Assembly (NCBI GenBank): GCA_964517145.1
Contig: CAZFBN010000004.1
Location: 3,461-67,460, forward strand
DNA: 64,000 nt
Source of the DNA: an uncultured Saprospiraceae bacterium
Lineage (GTDB): Bacteria; Bacteroidota; Bacteroidia; Chitinophagales; Saprospiraceae
Direction: 5' to 3'
In this document: positions 1-9,515 of the stretch, one piece after another
Position numbering within the stretch: position 1 is the stretch's first letter
Layout of the letters: each line of letters begins with the position of its first letter
Notes under the pieces: generated by a model
What the model saw: the letters and a program-made list of their open reading frames with translations, nothing else
What the model was told of the DNA's origin: nothing
Databases searched by the model: none
Program-made: the position numbers and the translations under genes

Positions 1-2109
1 TTTGACGTCATCGATGTCCGATTCCAAGAAATAGGCGTAAATATCTTCGCGCGAAGCTTCATCAATGGCATCTTCCAGGTAATAATCAATGTTCAACTTG
101 GTACCCGAAGCCACGATGGCATCCAGTTCCTCTAACAATTCATCCATGGTAATGCTGTTCGCATCGGCAAGGTCTTCCAGTGAAATTTTGCGATCAATCC
201 CTTGAATAATGCTGACTTTGAGCTTGGATTTATTGGCAACTTGCTTGACCACAAAATCGGTCGGGCGCTCTATTTCATTTTCTTCAACATATTGTGAAAT
301 CAATAGCAAGAAAGGCTTCGCATAACGCGCCGCTTTGCCACTACTCACCCCAGACACTTTTGTCATATCTTCCATCGTGATGGGGTACTGCGTTGCCATA
401 TCTTCGAGCGAAGGGTCTTGGAAGATGACGTAAGGCGGTACATTGAGGCGTTTGGCTTCGCGGCGGCGCAGGTCTTTCAGCATGGTGAGCAACGCCTCGT
501 CCAGTGCAGCGGGTTTTCCGGCACCCTCATCCAAATCCGGGCTAGCTTTGTCAAAATCATGGTTGAGCGGAATCAGGAAAGAATGCGGTTTTTCAATAAA
601 CGCGTGTCCTTTGTCCGTCATTTTTAACAAGCCATAACTTTCTATATCCTTGTAAATCAAGTCGTTCAGCATGGCTTGCCGCAACACTGAACTCCAGAAA
701 TTCTCTTCTTTTTCTTTACCGGCTCCGAATAAAGGTTTTTGATCGAACCGATAATCCTTCATTTCTTTGGTATCCCGACCGATGATGAATTCCACGATGG
801 TTTTGATGCCAAAATTTTCATCCAAATCAACAATGGAGCGCAATGTCTGCTGCATTTCCTTTTTTACCTCTATTTTTTCTTTCGGGAAGCGGCAATTGTC
901 ACACATGTCTTCGCAACGCGAATCATCGTATTCTTCCCCAAAATAATGGAGCAAAAATTTTCGGCGGCAAGCAGTCGTTTCGGCGTAAGCCATCACCTCC
1001 TGCATGAGCTGTGCGCCCATCTCCCGCTCGGCAACGGGCTTGTCGCGCAAGAATTTTTCGAGTTTTAAAATATCTTTATAAGAATAAAATGCTATGCACT
1101 TGCCTTCCAACCCATCGCGCCCGGCGCGCCCGGTTTCCTGATAATAATTTTCGATACTTTTAGGAATATCGTAATGTATAACAAAGCGAACATCAGGCTT
1201 ATCAATGCCCATTCCAAAAGCAATGGTCGCTACAATCACATCCGACTCTTCCATCAAGAAATCATCCTGTGTTTGGCTGCGGGTTTTTGCATCCAATCCG
1301 GCGTGGTACGGCGCTGCTCTTATGCCATTGACAACCAATACTTTAGCAATGTCTTCGGCTGATTTTCGGCTTTGCACATAAATAATGCCCGACTGCCCCG
1401 GCACACTTTTGATGATTTGCACAATGCTCTTCATCACCTGCTCCTGCTTGCCTTTGGGGCGCACTTCGTAGTAGAGATTCTCGCGGTTGAAAGAAGAAAC
1501 ATACATGTTGACATCCCGCATGTTGAGGTTTTTCAGAATGTCCGATTTCACCTTCGGAGTAGCGGTTGCCGTGAGCGCCACGATGGGAATTTCTTTATTG
1601 ATGGTATCCAGCATGCCGCGGATTTTGCGGTACTCCGGGCGGAAGTCATGCCCCCATTCTGAGATACAATGCGCTTCATCCACTGCGACAAAGGAGACAT
1701 TCACTTGTTGGAAAAACTCAATGTTTTCATCTTTGGTCAAGGTCTCCGGCGCAATAAATAAAAGTTTGGTTTTTCCATCGCTGATGTCTTGCTTCACCAG
1801 TTTCATCTGCGCTTTGGTCAGCGAAGAGTTCAAAAAATGTGCCACATCATCATTTTGGCTATAGCCCCGAATCGAATCCACCTGATTTTTCATCAAAGCA
1901 ATGAGCGGCGAAATAACAATAGCCGTGCCTTCCAGCATCAGCGCGGGCAGTTGATAACAAAGCGATTTGCCTCCGCCAGTCGGCATTATCACAAAGGTGT
2001 CATGACCATGCAAAACGCTCTTGATAATGGCTTCTTGATTGCCTTTGAATTTGTCAAATCCAAAATACTGCTGCAGTGCGTCCCGCAAAGTTTCTTTCGT
2101 TGCAGTCAT
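1..2109 (-). CDS. recQ: ATP-dependent DNA helicase RecQ (C-terminal ~25 aa lie beyond the window start)
   Basis: Absent from the supplied track because it is open at the window edge. Translating the minus strand from ATG at 2109 (alternative in-frame ATG at 2118) gives MTATKETLRDALQQYFGFDKFKGNQEAIIKSVLHGHDTFVIMPTGGGKSLCYQLPALMLEGTAIVISPLIALMKNQVDSIRG, the RecQ N-terminus with Walker A. The same frame at position 1 reads ...LNIDYYLEDAIDEASREDIYAYFLESDIDDVK. The plus-strand ORFs 418-2124 are shadows. Confidence 0.9.
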   Translation of the reverse strand, partial: MTATKETLRDALQQYFGFDKFKGNQEAIIKSVLHGHDTFVIMPTGGGKSLCYQLPALMLEGTAIVISPLIALMKNQVDSIRGYSQNDDVAHFLNSSLTKAQMKLVKQDISDGKTKLLFIAPETLTKDENIEFFQQVNVSFVAVDEAHCISEWGHDFRPEYRKIRGMLDTINKEIPIVALTATATPKVKSDILKNLNMRDVNMYVSSFNRENLYYEVRPKGKQEQVMKSIVQIIKSVPGQSGIIYVQSRKSAEDIAKVLVVNGIRAAPYHAGLDAKTRSQTQDDFLMEESDVIVATIAFGMGIDKPDVRFVIHYDIPKSIENYYQETGRAGRDGLEGKCIAFYSYKDILKLEKFLRDKPVAEREMGAQLMQEVMAYAETTACRRKFLLHYFGEEYDDSRCEDMCDNCRFPKEKIEVKKEMQQTLRSIVDLDENFGIKTIVEFIIGRDTKEMKDYRFDQKPLFGAGKEKEENFWSSVLRQAMLNDLIYKDIESYGLLKMTDKGHAFIEKPHSFLIPLNHDFDKASPDLDEGAGKPAALDEALLTMLKDLRRREAKRLNVPPYVIFQDPSLEDMATQYPITMEDMTKVSGVSSGKAARYAKPFLLLISQYVEENEIERPTDFVVKQVANKSKLKVSIIQGIDRKISLEDLADANSITMDELLEELDAIVASGTKLNIDYYLEDAIDEASREDIYAYFLESDIDDVK

Positions 2110-2303
2110 GGTGTGCATTTCTAATTTTAGCGTATTTTTCGCACGTTGTTAGTAGATAGTCTTTTTTAGAAATTAGACAATAGATTATAGAAACTTAGCA
2201 CCTAAAATCTAATGTTTTTTGTCTAAGGTCTCTAAAGATAACTATAAAATTCGTTTTAAAAAAAATTCTTAACGCTTTTTTTATCAGATAGTTGTGTTGA
2301 TAA

Positions 2304-3320
2304 TTGAACCACCTTTTTGAAAAAGCAGCCAAAAATAATAAAATAATTGTGATTTCCGAAGAACTTATTGTAAAAACTGCACGAAGGACGCTCGAAATTG
2401 AGACAGAAACACTTAAAGCCTTGACAATCAGTCTAGACGAGTCATTTGTTTCTTGTGTTAAAGCCATCTATTTGTCGAGCGGGCGACTGGTGGTGACGGG
2501 TGTTGGCAAAAGTGCCATCGTGGCACAAAAAATTGTGGCTACGCTGAATTCTACCGGAACCCCGGCATTGTTCATGCACGCTGCCGATGCCATTCACGGC
2601 GATTTGGGTATGATTCATCCCCATGATTTGGTGCTGTGCATTTCTAAAAGTGGCGAAACGCCCGAAATCAAAGCGCTGGCACCTCTCGTCAAAAATTTGT
2701 GCAGCTGCCTTATTGGTATGGTGAGCAATCGAAATTCTTTTTTGGGCAAGCAAGCCAACTATATTTTGTACACGCCTGTATCACAAGAGGCGGATCCTAA
2801 CAATCTCGCTCCAACTGCTAGCACCACCGCTCAAATGGCTTTGGGCGATGCACTGGCTACTGCACTGCTGGCGCTGCGCGGCTTTACCCCGGAGCATTTT
2901 GCACAATTTCATCCAGGTGGCGCGCTGGGGAAACAATTGTACTTGAGAGTGAATGATTTATATATTAATAATGAAAAACCTTCGGTTCATTTGGAAGAAA
3001 ATTTGCCAAACACTATTTTGGAAATGACCTCCAAGCGCTTGGGCGCAACGGCTGTATTGGATGAAAATGGCGGGCTTCAAGGTGTGATTACGGATGGCGA
3101 TCTGCGGCGCATGCTGCAACGCGGCGAAGATATTTCAAAAATGCTGGCAAAAGACATTATGAATCGCACTCCGAAAACCATTCGTGCCGATGCTATGGCG
3201 GTGCACGCGCTGACCCTCCTGCGGCAGCATAGCATCACACAACTTATTGTTACGGACGAAGCTAGTAATTACTTGGGAATCATTCATTTACATGATTTGA
3301 TTCGAGAGGGAATTATTTAA
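2304..3320 (+). CDS. kpsF: KpsF/GutQ-family arabinose-5-phosphate isomerase (SIS domain plus tandem CBS)
   Basis: SIS signature VVTGVGKSAIVAQKIVATLNSTGTPALFMHAADAIHGDLGMI, and a C-terminal CBS pair (TAVLDENGGLQGVITDGDLRR ... LIVTDEASNYLGIIHLHDL). The start is uncertain: TTG at 2304 in the track, GTG at 2349 also possible, and no ATG nearby. Confidence 0.85.
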   Translation: MNHLFEKAAKNNKIIVISEELIVKTARRTLEIETETLKALTISLDESFVSCVKAIYLSSGRLVVTGVGKSAIVAQKIVATLNSTGTPALFMHAADAIHGDLGMIHPHDLVLCISKSGETPEIKALAPLVKNLCSCLIGMVSNRNSFLGKQANYILYTPVSQEADPNNLAPTASTTAQMALGDALATALLALRGFTPEHFAQFHPGGALGKQLYLRVNDLYINNEKPSVHLEENLPNTILEMTSKRLGATAVLDENGGLQGVITDGDLRRMLQRGEDISKMLAKDIMNRTPKTIRADAMAVHALTLLRQHSITQLIVTDEASNYLGIIHLHDLIREGII

Positions 3321-3322
3321 GT

Positions 3323-3404
3323 GGAAGGTTGGAATATTGGAATAATGGAAAGTTGGAATATTGGATTGCAGGAATGAACCTACGTTTCAACATTCCAATC
3401 TTTC
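3323..3404. repeat. GGAA-phased (8 bp period) simple repeat that closes into an imperfect palindrome
   Basis: GGAA/GGAT begins at 3323, 3331, 3339, 3347, 3355, 3363 and 3371, exactly 8 bp apart. The mirrored TTCC/TTTC follow at 3393 and 3401. The stem is ggaatg/cattcc around the loop aacctacgtttcaa. It lies between the convergent kpsF and gumN-like genes. Confidence 0.7.
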
Positions 3405-3415
3405 ATTTAAAAAAG

Positions 3416-4306
3416 CTATTTCAAAGGCTTGATGGTATAGCCCGCTTGCCGCAATAAATTAATCACCCCATTTTTTCCAGCCAAATGCCCAGCACCCACT
3501 GCAAAAAACGTCGTTTGCTCGCCCATCATTTTACCCATCACCGGAATCCAGTTTTTATTGCGATTCACCAACAGCAACTCATCGTATTTGGAGAGGTCGC
3601 TATCGGCGTTCAGCATATCGTGTAAGCCATTGATATCCTGATTTTTATACAATTCTACCAATTGTTTGAGCTGCTCATTGCCGGCATCTGCCGATTTGAC
3701 ACTTTCCACCAGCATTTCCGCTTGCACTTCATAAGGAATACTGTCAAACATACTCATTTGAAATTCAGCCGTTTCTAAGCCGGCAATTGTTTTTTTCTGT
3801 GCTTGCGCCAGTTTCATCAATTCCAATTCATACGACATCATGCTGCTGTTTTCGCCTTCCATACCCATCGCATCGGGGCTCATCGAAGACAGAAACATAG
3901 GCTTCATGCGCTCCAACAACATCATCGGCAAGCCCATTTTTTCAAAATGCGTCTTAACTAAAGCATAGTCTTCTTCATTCAACAAATCGCTCAGCGTTTT
4001 GCCATTCGACATAAAAGCTTTCATCATCAAAGGCATCAGCACTGATATATCAGACATTTCTTCCATGTTTATTTCAAACGTCACGCGCTTCGCTTTTTCC
4101 AGGGAGGCTTTCGTTGCTTCCGTTAGTACAAAATCTTTTTTATCAATCAAGTGAATGGTACCAAACAGATAGGAAGGCTCTTCCAAGCCGTTGCCGCTTA
4201 TTTCCCACAAAAGGCTTTTTTCCTCTTTCACCGCAGCGGGCGGTTGCGCTAAAATTGGCGCTACAATATTGATTATCAGAATACTAAATAATAACAGTCG
4301 CTTCAT
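3416..4306 (-). CDS. TraB/GumN family protein, secreted
   Basis: Signal peptide MKRLLLFSILIINIVAPILAQ, then LLWEISGNGLEEPSYLFGTIHL, which is typical of the GumN/TraB family. Length 296 aa. Confidence 0.75.
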   Translation of the reverse strand: MKRLLLFSILIINIVAPILAQPPAAVKEEKSLLWEISGNGLEEPSYLFGTIHLIDKKDFVLTEATKASLEKAKRVTFEINMEEMSDISVLMPLMMKAFMSNGKTLSDLLNEEDYALVKTHFEKMGLPMMLLERMKPMFLSSMSPDAMGMEGENSSMMSYELELMKLAQAQKKTIAGLETAEFQMSMFDSIPYEVQAEMLVESVKSADAGNEQLKQLVELYKNQDINGLHDMLNADSDLSKYDELLLVNRNKNWIPVMGKMMGEQTTFFAVGAGHLAGKNGVINLLRQAGYTIKPLK

Positions 4307-4331
4307 GTTTTATAAAATTGAAAAGTTGATT

Positions 4332-5267
4332 TTAAATTTTCTGATCAAATTCGTTTACAAGATACAAGATCAACGTAATGTCGTTCATAAATTCGAGTAT
4401 CAGATCGAAACTTAAATTCGACCGGAAGATATAAGGTTCGAGCAGGTCTTTTGGTTGCGCAATGCCAATAAAAAAATCCTGCTGGTTGAATGAAAAATAT
4501 AAATGGCGCTTGATACGTGTGTGATAACGCACAATTGCCTCCTGCATTGTATCCGGCAGTAGCCCAGCAACGTGGGTATTTGCGGTGGCATACACCATGA
4601 AGAGGCGCTTGAAGTCCTCGTTCATAATTTCGTGATCTACATTTTTACCACCTTTGAATGTAAATTCTTTAATGGCTTTGGTCAGGTACTGTCGGCGTTC
4701 GCGAGGCCACACGCGCATTTGACCGCCCACCTGCGCTTTGAAATAGGCATGTAGAAAAATGCCTTTAAAAACCTCATCCAGGTCGGCACGTACCGGCGAG
4801 TTTTCGCGAGCGTCCAATTCACATAGCTCAAACTCAATTTCACCGATTTTCCCCCAAATTTTATCTTCTGCCACATAATAAGGTGCCGAAGTGATAAACA
4901 ATCCGCTGGATAAAAACATTTTTTTGGTCATGCCTTCTTTGGCGCGGTAGGAAAGGGGATAGTTGGTGTCGAAATTAGGACCATTGTCAATAAAATCAAG
5001 CAGCAACTCGACTACGCTGGGTTTAAAACGCTGAACAAAACGCTGAATCTGGCGCAGCAAAAAACCAATAAAAGTGACGTGCGGAATGAGTAGAATTAAA
5101 AAAATGACCCAGATGTTGATGTAAAACTGAAAAGCGATCAAGCCGCCTAAAATCAGCACCGACAAAAACATCAAACCCAGCAGCCGCAGGCGTTGCCGCT
5201 CCATGCGCTGTAGTTCCGGGGCAATCGTTTGTACGTAATAAAGTCGAAACTCGTCGAGTCGTTCCAT
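4332..5267 (-). CDS. Membrane protein, DUF3137-like (two N-terminal TM helices)
   Basis: The ORF 4332-5378 is trimmed to ATG at 5267 (MERLDEFRLYYVQTIAPELQRMERQRLRLLGLMFLSVLILGG...). The 37 upstream codons are built from the GGAT-phased simple repeat and are unlikely to be coding. Confidence 0.6.
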   Translation of the reverse strand: MERLDEFRLYYVQTIAPELQRMERQRLRLLGLMFLSVLILGGLIAFQFYINIWVIFLILLIPHVTFIGFLLRQIQRFVQRFKPSVVELLLDFIDNGPNFDTNYPLSYRAKEGMTKKMFLSSGLFITSAPYYVAEDKIWGKIGEIEFELCELDARENSPVRADLDEVFKGIFLHAYFKAQVGGQMRVWPRERRQYLTKAIKEFTFKGGKNVDHEIMNEDFKRLFMVYATANTHVAGLLPDTMQEAIVRYHTRIKRHLYFSFNQQDFFIGIAQPKDLLEPYIFRSNLSFDLILEFMNDITLILYLVNEFDQKI

Positions 5268-5455
5268 GTGAAATTCGGTATATCGGTGTATCGGTTTTTG
5301 GTTGTGACGGTCAACAGCATCCAAGTATCCATAGGGATCAATAGCATCCACAGCATCCAATATCCAACATCTTCTCAAAAAAAGTAAATGGGATACAACC
5401 TTTTTTTTCTGGCGGGCTTCTTTCTTATCTGAATGGGATACAACTATTTACAACA

Positions 5456-5483
5456 TTCCATCGTTCCTATATTCCATTATTCC
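5456..5483. repeat. TTCC-phased (8 bp period) repeat, opposite orientation to the 3323 copy
   Basis: TTCC is at 5456, 5464, 5472 and 5480. It is preceded by the shared core acaacattcca and by two copies of aatgggatacaac (about 5386 and 5422). Confidence 0.65.
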
Positions 5484-5494
5484 GATAAAAAGCG

Positions 5495-5502
5495 TAATTT
5501 TG
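5495..5502 (+). promoter_or_regulatory. Bacteroidota -7 promoter box (TAatTTTG) for bamD
   Basis: It matches TAnnTTTG and ends 7 nt before the bamD ATG, which implies a very short or absent leader. Confidence 0.45.
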
Positions 5503-5509
5503 CGACCTT

Positions 5510-6334
5510 ATGAAAAATAACCAGCGATTTGTACTATTGGGCTTGGTCTTAGTGTTGTTGTTCAGCGCCTGCAAAAGTGAATTTGAGCGGATTCGCACGA
5601 GCAATGACCCACAATTGTTGTACAAAAAAGCAGATGAATATTATAACGCAAGTGAATATCAAAAAGCGCAAGCCCTGTACGAATTGGTCATTGCCAGTTT
5701 TCGCGGGCGCCCGGAGGCGGAAGATATTTCTTTTAAATACGCTTACACCTATTATAATACGGATCAGTTTATTTTAGCATCGTATTATTTTAAGAATTTT
5801 TCGCAAACGTATGCTACTAGCGCCAAGCGGGAAGAAGCGGATTTTATGAGTGCTTATTCCAATTATCAGCTTTCACCCACTTTCCGGTTGGATCAAAAAT
5901 ATACACAACAGGCGATTGAAGAATTGCAATTATTTGTAAATACTTATCCGCGAAGCAACCGTGTGCAGGAATGCAATGCTTTGATTGATGAATTGCGGGC
6001 AAAGTTGGAAGAAAAAGCCTTTGAAGAAGGCAAATTATATTTTGACCTTCGGTACTACCAATCAGCAACCCATGTGTTCGAAAATTTGTTAAAGGATTAT
6101 CCTGAAACAAAAAATGCCGAGGAAGTGCGCTATATGATTATACAATCGGCGTATTTATTGGCAGAAAACAGTTTAGTAAGCAGGCAAGAAGAACGCTACC
6201 AGGAAGTATTGACCCGCGCTGCACCTTTTTTAAAGCGCTATCCGAATAGTCAATACAAACGGGAGGTGACTTCGATTCAAAATAATTCACAAAAAAAATT
6301 AAATCAAATTAAGGATGTCGGATATCAAAACTAA
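5510..6334 (+). CDS. bamD: Outer membrane protein assembly factor BamD (lipoprotein, TPR-like)
   Basis: Lipoprotein signal LVLVLLFSAC, and a TPR-like N-terminus (YKKADEYYNASEYQKAQALYELVI). It sits in the conserved position upstream of rpoZ-coaBC. Confidence 0.85.
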   Translation: MKNNQRFVLLGLVLVLLFSACKSEFERIRTSNDPQLLYKKADEYYNASEYQKAQALYELVIASFRGRPEAEDISFKYAYTYYNTDQFILASYYFKNFSQTYATSAKREEADFMSAYSNYQLSPTFRLDQKYTQQAIEELQLFVNTYPRSNRVQECNALIDELRAKLEEKAFEEGKLYFDLRYYQSATHVFENLLKDYPETKNAEEVRYMIIQSAYLLAENSLVSRQEERYQEVLTRAAPFLKRYPNSQYKREVTSIQNNSQKKLNQIKDVGYQN

Positions 6335-6671
6335 AGTACAAGGGCTGGATCCTACTGTGAAGCCGCGTGATGTGGGCGAACTGGCTCGTGCAACCGGCAA
6401 TATCTATGAAACGCTGGCAGTCATTGCTCGGCGCGCTCGCCAATTGAATGTGGACATTAAGCACGAATTGCAACAAAAACTCGACGAATTTGCTGTTTCT
6501 TCTGAAACTATTGAAGAAATCAACGAAAATAAGGAACAAATCGAAATTTCTAAGTTCTACGAACGCCTGCCCAATCCGGCAATCATTGCAACGGAAGAAT
6601 TTCTCAGCGGCGATGTATATTATCGTTTCAACGATCGCAAGAAGAAAAAAACACCGCAGTTGCCACAGTAA
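6315..6671 (+). CDS. rpoZ: DNA-directed RNA polymerase subunit omega (Bacteroidota long form)
   Basis: 118 aa. The sequence NIYETLAVIARRARQL resembles the omega/Rpb6 core. It lies between bamD and coaBC as in other Bacteroidota, and overlaps the end of bamD by 20 nt. Confidence 0.7.
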   Translation: MSDIKTKVQGLDPTVKPRDVGELARATGNIYETLAVIARRARQLNVDIKHELQQKLDEFAVSSETIEEINENKEQIEISKFYERLPNPAIIATEEFLSGDVYYRFNDRKKKKTPQLPQ

Positions 6672-6683
6672 TTGCTTGGCTCG

Positions 6684-6720
6684 AACCTATAAGGTTTTAA
6701 ACAGAACCTTATAGGTTTTC
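6684..6720 (+). terminator. 13 bp perfect hairpin between rpoZ and coaBC (terminator or attenuator)
   Basis: aacctataaggtt (6684-6696), the loop ttaaacag, then aaccttataggtt (6705-6717), followed by only tt. The T-tract is weak. Confidence 0.45.
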
Positions 6721-6734
6721 TCAGTTTGCTTATC

Positions 6735-7937
6735 ATGACCAACCTCCAAGGCAAGAAGATTTTGCTGGGCATTACCGGCAGTATTGCTGCCTACAAAGCT
6801 GCATTTCTTACGCGTTTGCTAGTCAAATCGGGTGTCGAAGTGCAGGTGCTGATGACCAAAGCAGCCACTACTTTTATTACGCCATTGACGCTTTCGACGC
6901 TTTCGAAGAGACCCGTTTACTCGGAAGTAAGCAGCGAAGAAAGCTGGAATAACCACGTGGAGCTAGGGCTGTGGGCAGATGCCATGCTGCTTGCACCGCT
7001 GACGGCTACTACGCTGGCAAAGCTGTCGCACGGCATTTGTGACAATATCATTGCGGCGGTGTATCTGTCTGCACGGTGTCCGGTATTTTTTGCGCCGGCT
7101 ATGGATGTGGACATGTGGCATCACCCCACCACGCAGGAAAATGTACAACGTTTGCAACGCTTTGGCAATCAATTGATTCCGGTTGAGCATGGCGAATTGG
7201 CGAGCGGCTTGGTCGGTGAAGGACGAATGGCAGAACCGGAACATATTATAGATTTTTTAAATGATTATTTTGGTAAAAAACAAGATTTTCTAGGTAAGAA
7301 GGTATTGGTAACGGCAGGACCGACGTATGAGCCCATTGATCCGGTGCGTTTCATTGGCAATCGCTCTTCGGGCAAAATGGGCGTGGCTATTGCCGATGCA
7401 GCAGCGCTACGCGGCGCGGAAGTGACTTTGATTTTAGGACCGTCCAAAATTTTACCCGCACAAGCGCAAGTGAAAGTGATAAAAGTGGAAACGGCGCAGC
7501 AGATGTACGAAGCGGCATTGCAGCATTTTCCGGCATCGGACGTCAGCATTTTGTCGGCAGCAGTAGCCGACTATCGCCCCAAAGTGACGGCAAGCCAAAA
7601 AATCAAACGCAAGGGTGAAAATTTAGCGATTGAATTGATTGAAAATCCTGACATTGCAGCAACACTTGGCAAAAAAAAGCTTGAAAATCAGGTAATTGTA
7701 GGGTTCGCACTGGAAACGAACAATGAAGTAGCCAATGCTAAAGCGAAGATTGAAAAGAAAAATTTTGACCTGATTGTGTTAAATTCGCTGAACGACCCCG
7801 GCGCCGGTTTTGATTTGAATACCAATAAAATTACCATTTTAGGAAAAGACAATAAGATTCGCCATTTTGAGTTAAAATCAAAAAATGCGGTAGCGGAAGA
7901 TATTTTGAACGAAATTGTTCCGTTGCTATCAAAATAA
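6735..7937 (+). CDS. coaBC: Bifunctional phosphopantothenoylcysteine decarboxylase / phosphopantothenate-cysteine ligase
   Basis: N-terminal flavoprotein motif [16 protein letters not shown], and a C-terminal DFP domain ([25 protein letters not shown]). ATG at 6735 is preferred over the track start at 6726. Confidence 0.9.
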   Translation: MTNLQGKKILLGITGSIAAYKAAFLTRLLVKSGVEVQVLMTKAATTFITPLTLSTLSKRPVYSEVSSEESWNNHVELGLWADAMLLAPLTATTLAKLSHGICDNIIAAVYLSARCPVFFAPAMDVDMWHHPTTQENVQRLQRFGNQLIPVEHGELASGLVGEGRMAEPEHIIDFLNDYFGKKQDFLGKKVLVTAGPTYEPIDPVRFIGNRSSGKMGVAIADAAALRGAEVTLILGPSKILPAQAQVKVIKVETAQQMYEAALQHFPASDVSILSAAVADYRPKVTASQKIKRKGENLAIELIENPDIAATLGKKKLENQVIVGFALETNNEVANAKAKIEKKNFDLIVLNSLNDPGAGFDLNTNKITILGKDNKIRHFELKSKNAVAEDILNEIVPLLSK

Positions 7938-7947
7938 AAGTCAGAGG

Positions 7948-8853
7948 ATGAAAACAATATTTGTCATGGCTAGCCTTTTGCTCATGGTGTCTGGCTTGCA
8001 GGCGCAGGAATTGGAAGCGACCGTAAAAGTAAATCCGCAAAAGGTGTTAACGGCTGACCCCAAAATTTTTGCGACTTTGGAACAGACCATCCGCGAATTT
8101 ATGAACAATCAAAAATGGACGGATGATATTTTTGAGCAGGATGAGCGCATTAAGTGCAATTTGCTGCTGACCATCACTGACCAATCGCCGACGGATCCGA
8201 ACTATTTTGTAGCTGAACTCGCCATTCAGGCATCGCGCCCGATTTATGGCAGCAACTATGAGACGGTAACGTTTAATCTTATTGATAGAAATATTAGTCT
8301 TTCTTACGAACAATATCAACCTGTTGCATATAGCAGAAATTCTTATAATGATAATTTATCCTCTATTTTGTCTTTCTATGCCTTTATTATAATTGGAATG
8401 GATTATGACTCTTTCTCGCCGCTCGGTGGAGAAAAGTATTTTCAGCTGGCGCAGGAAGTGGTCAGCACGGTGCCGCAAAGCATTGCGAGTCGGGATAAAG
8501 GTTGGAATTCTTTGTCGAATAATCAGAATCGCTTCTGGATAGCCGAAAACCTGCTCTCGCCGCGCGTCAAACCATTTCGACAGGCAATGTATGATTATCA
8601 CCGAAATGGCTTGGACGTAATGTCAACCGATCTTGCAAAAGGACGCTTGGCGATGGCAGATGCCCTGCAAAAAGTAGCCGAGGTCAATCAGGCTTATCCC
8701 AATTCTGCAATCGTGCAGCTATTCAACAGTACAAAATCGACGGAGTTGATCGAAATATTCAAAAAAGGCACCGCGCAAGAGCAAGATAAAGTCATTCAGG
8801 TAATGTCGCGGGTGGATCCTTCGGGCGCTTCCAAATATCGTGCGATCAAGTGA
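7948..8853 (+). CDS. DUF4835-family secreted protein (conserved neighbour of coaBC in Bacteroidota)
   Basis: Signal peptide MKTIFVMASLLLMVSGLQAQ starting at ATG 7948, and conserved synteny. The family assignment is from memory, not a search. Confidence 0.65.
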   Translation: MKTIFVMASLLLMVSGLQAQELEATVKVNPQKVLTADPKIFATLEQTIREFMNNQKWTDDIFEQDERIKCNLLLTITDQSPTDPNYFVAELAIQASRPIYGSNYETVTFNLIDRNISLSYEQYQPVAYSRNSYNDNLSSILSFYAFIIIGMDYDSFSPLGGEKYFQLAQEVVSTVPQSIASRDKGWNSLSNNQNRFWIAENLLSPRVKPFRQAMYDYHRNGLDVMSTDLAKGRLAMADALQKVAEVNQAYPNSAIVQLFNSTKSTELIEIFKKGTAQEQDKVIQVMSRVDPSGASKYRAIK

Positions 8854-8905
8854 TAGCGTGTTTTTGCGTTACCAAGCCATTGCACCATAAAACGAAAACA
8901 CATTA

Positions 8906-9475
8906 ATGAAAAACCTCGCTATTTTTGCTTCGGGCACTGGGTCTAATGCAAAAAAAATTATTGAATATTTTAAGAATCATTCCAATATAAACGTTCGATT
9001 AATCGTATCTAATAAAAAGGATGCTCCGGTACTTGACATTGCTCGCGCGCATGGAATCGAAACACGGATTATCGGTCGCAAAGATTTTTACGAAACGGAA
9101 CATTTGTTACAGCAGCTACGTGCTTACAATGTTGATTTTATTGTGCTGGCTGGTTTTTTGTGGCTATTGCCGGGCTATTTGGTGCAGGCTTATCCAAGGC
9201 GTATTGTGAACATTCACCCGGCGCTGCTGCCCAAGTACGGAGGCAAAGGTATGTACGGCATGCACGTGCACCATGCGGTGAAAGCTGCCGGAGACCTGGA
9301 AACGGGCATCACCATTCACTATGTGGATGAAAATTATGACGAGGGCGATATTATTTTTCAAAAAAAATGTGTCCTCAGCGCCAATGATACGTCAGAAGAA
9401 ATAGCACACAAAGTACACGCACTGGAACACGCGTATTTTCCGAAAGTGATCGAACAATTATTGACAACATATTAG
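8906..9475 (+). CDS. purN: Phosphoribosylglycinamide formyltransferase
   Basis: MKNLAIFASGTGSNAKKII ... VLAGFLWLLP ... IVNIHPALLPKYGGKGMYG ... TGITIHYVDENYDEGDII. These are the classic PurN motifs. Confidence 0.9.
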   Translation: MKNLAIFASGTGSNAKKIIEYFKNHSNINVRLIVSNKKDAPVLDIARAHGIETRIIGRKDFYETEHLLQQLRAYNVDFIVLAGFLWLLPGYLVQAYPRRIVNIHPALLPKYGGKGMYGMHVHHAVKAAGDLETGITIHYVDENYDEGDIIFQKKCVLSANDTSEEIAHKVHALEHAYFPKVIEQLLTTY

Positions 9476-9515
9476 AGAAAATTTTTTTGTATTAAAACTT
9501 TCAATCCAAAAAATT

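Noticed and set aside
418-2124. A series of plus-strand ORFs (418-627, 739-1068, 1372-1662, 1487-1864, 1789-2124 and others) in the first 2 kb.
   Set aside because: They lie antisense to a clean, motif-rich RecQ reading frame on the minus strand that is open to the window edge. Their translations are low-complexity and Arg/Phe-rich, as expected of shadow frames.
3321-3410. The possibility that the regularly spaced short repeats (GGAA every 8 bp, and CYTTTCAA x4 at 50868-50900) are CRISPR arrays.
   Set aside because: The period is 8 bp with no unique spacers of 25-40 bp. The arrays are under 90 bp, and no cas genes are present. These are simple or palindromic repeats, not CRISPR.
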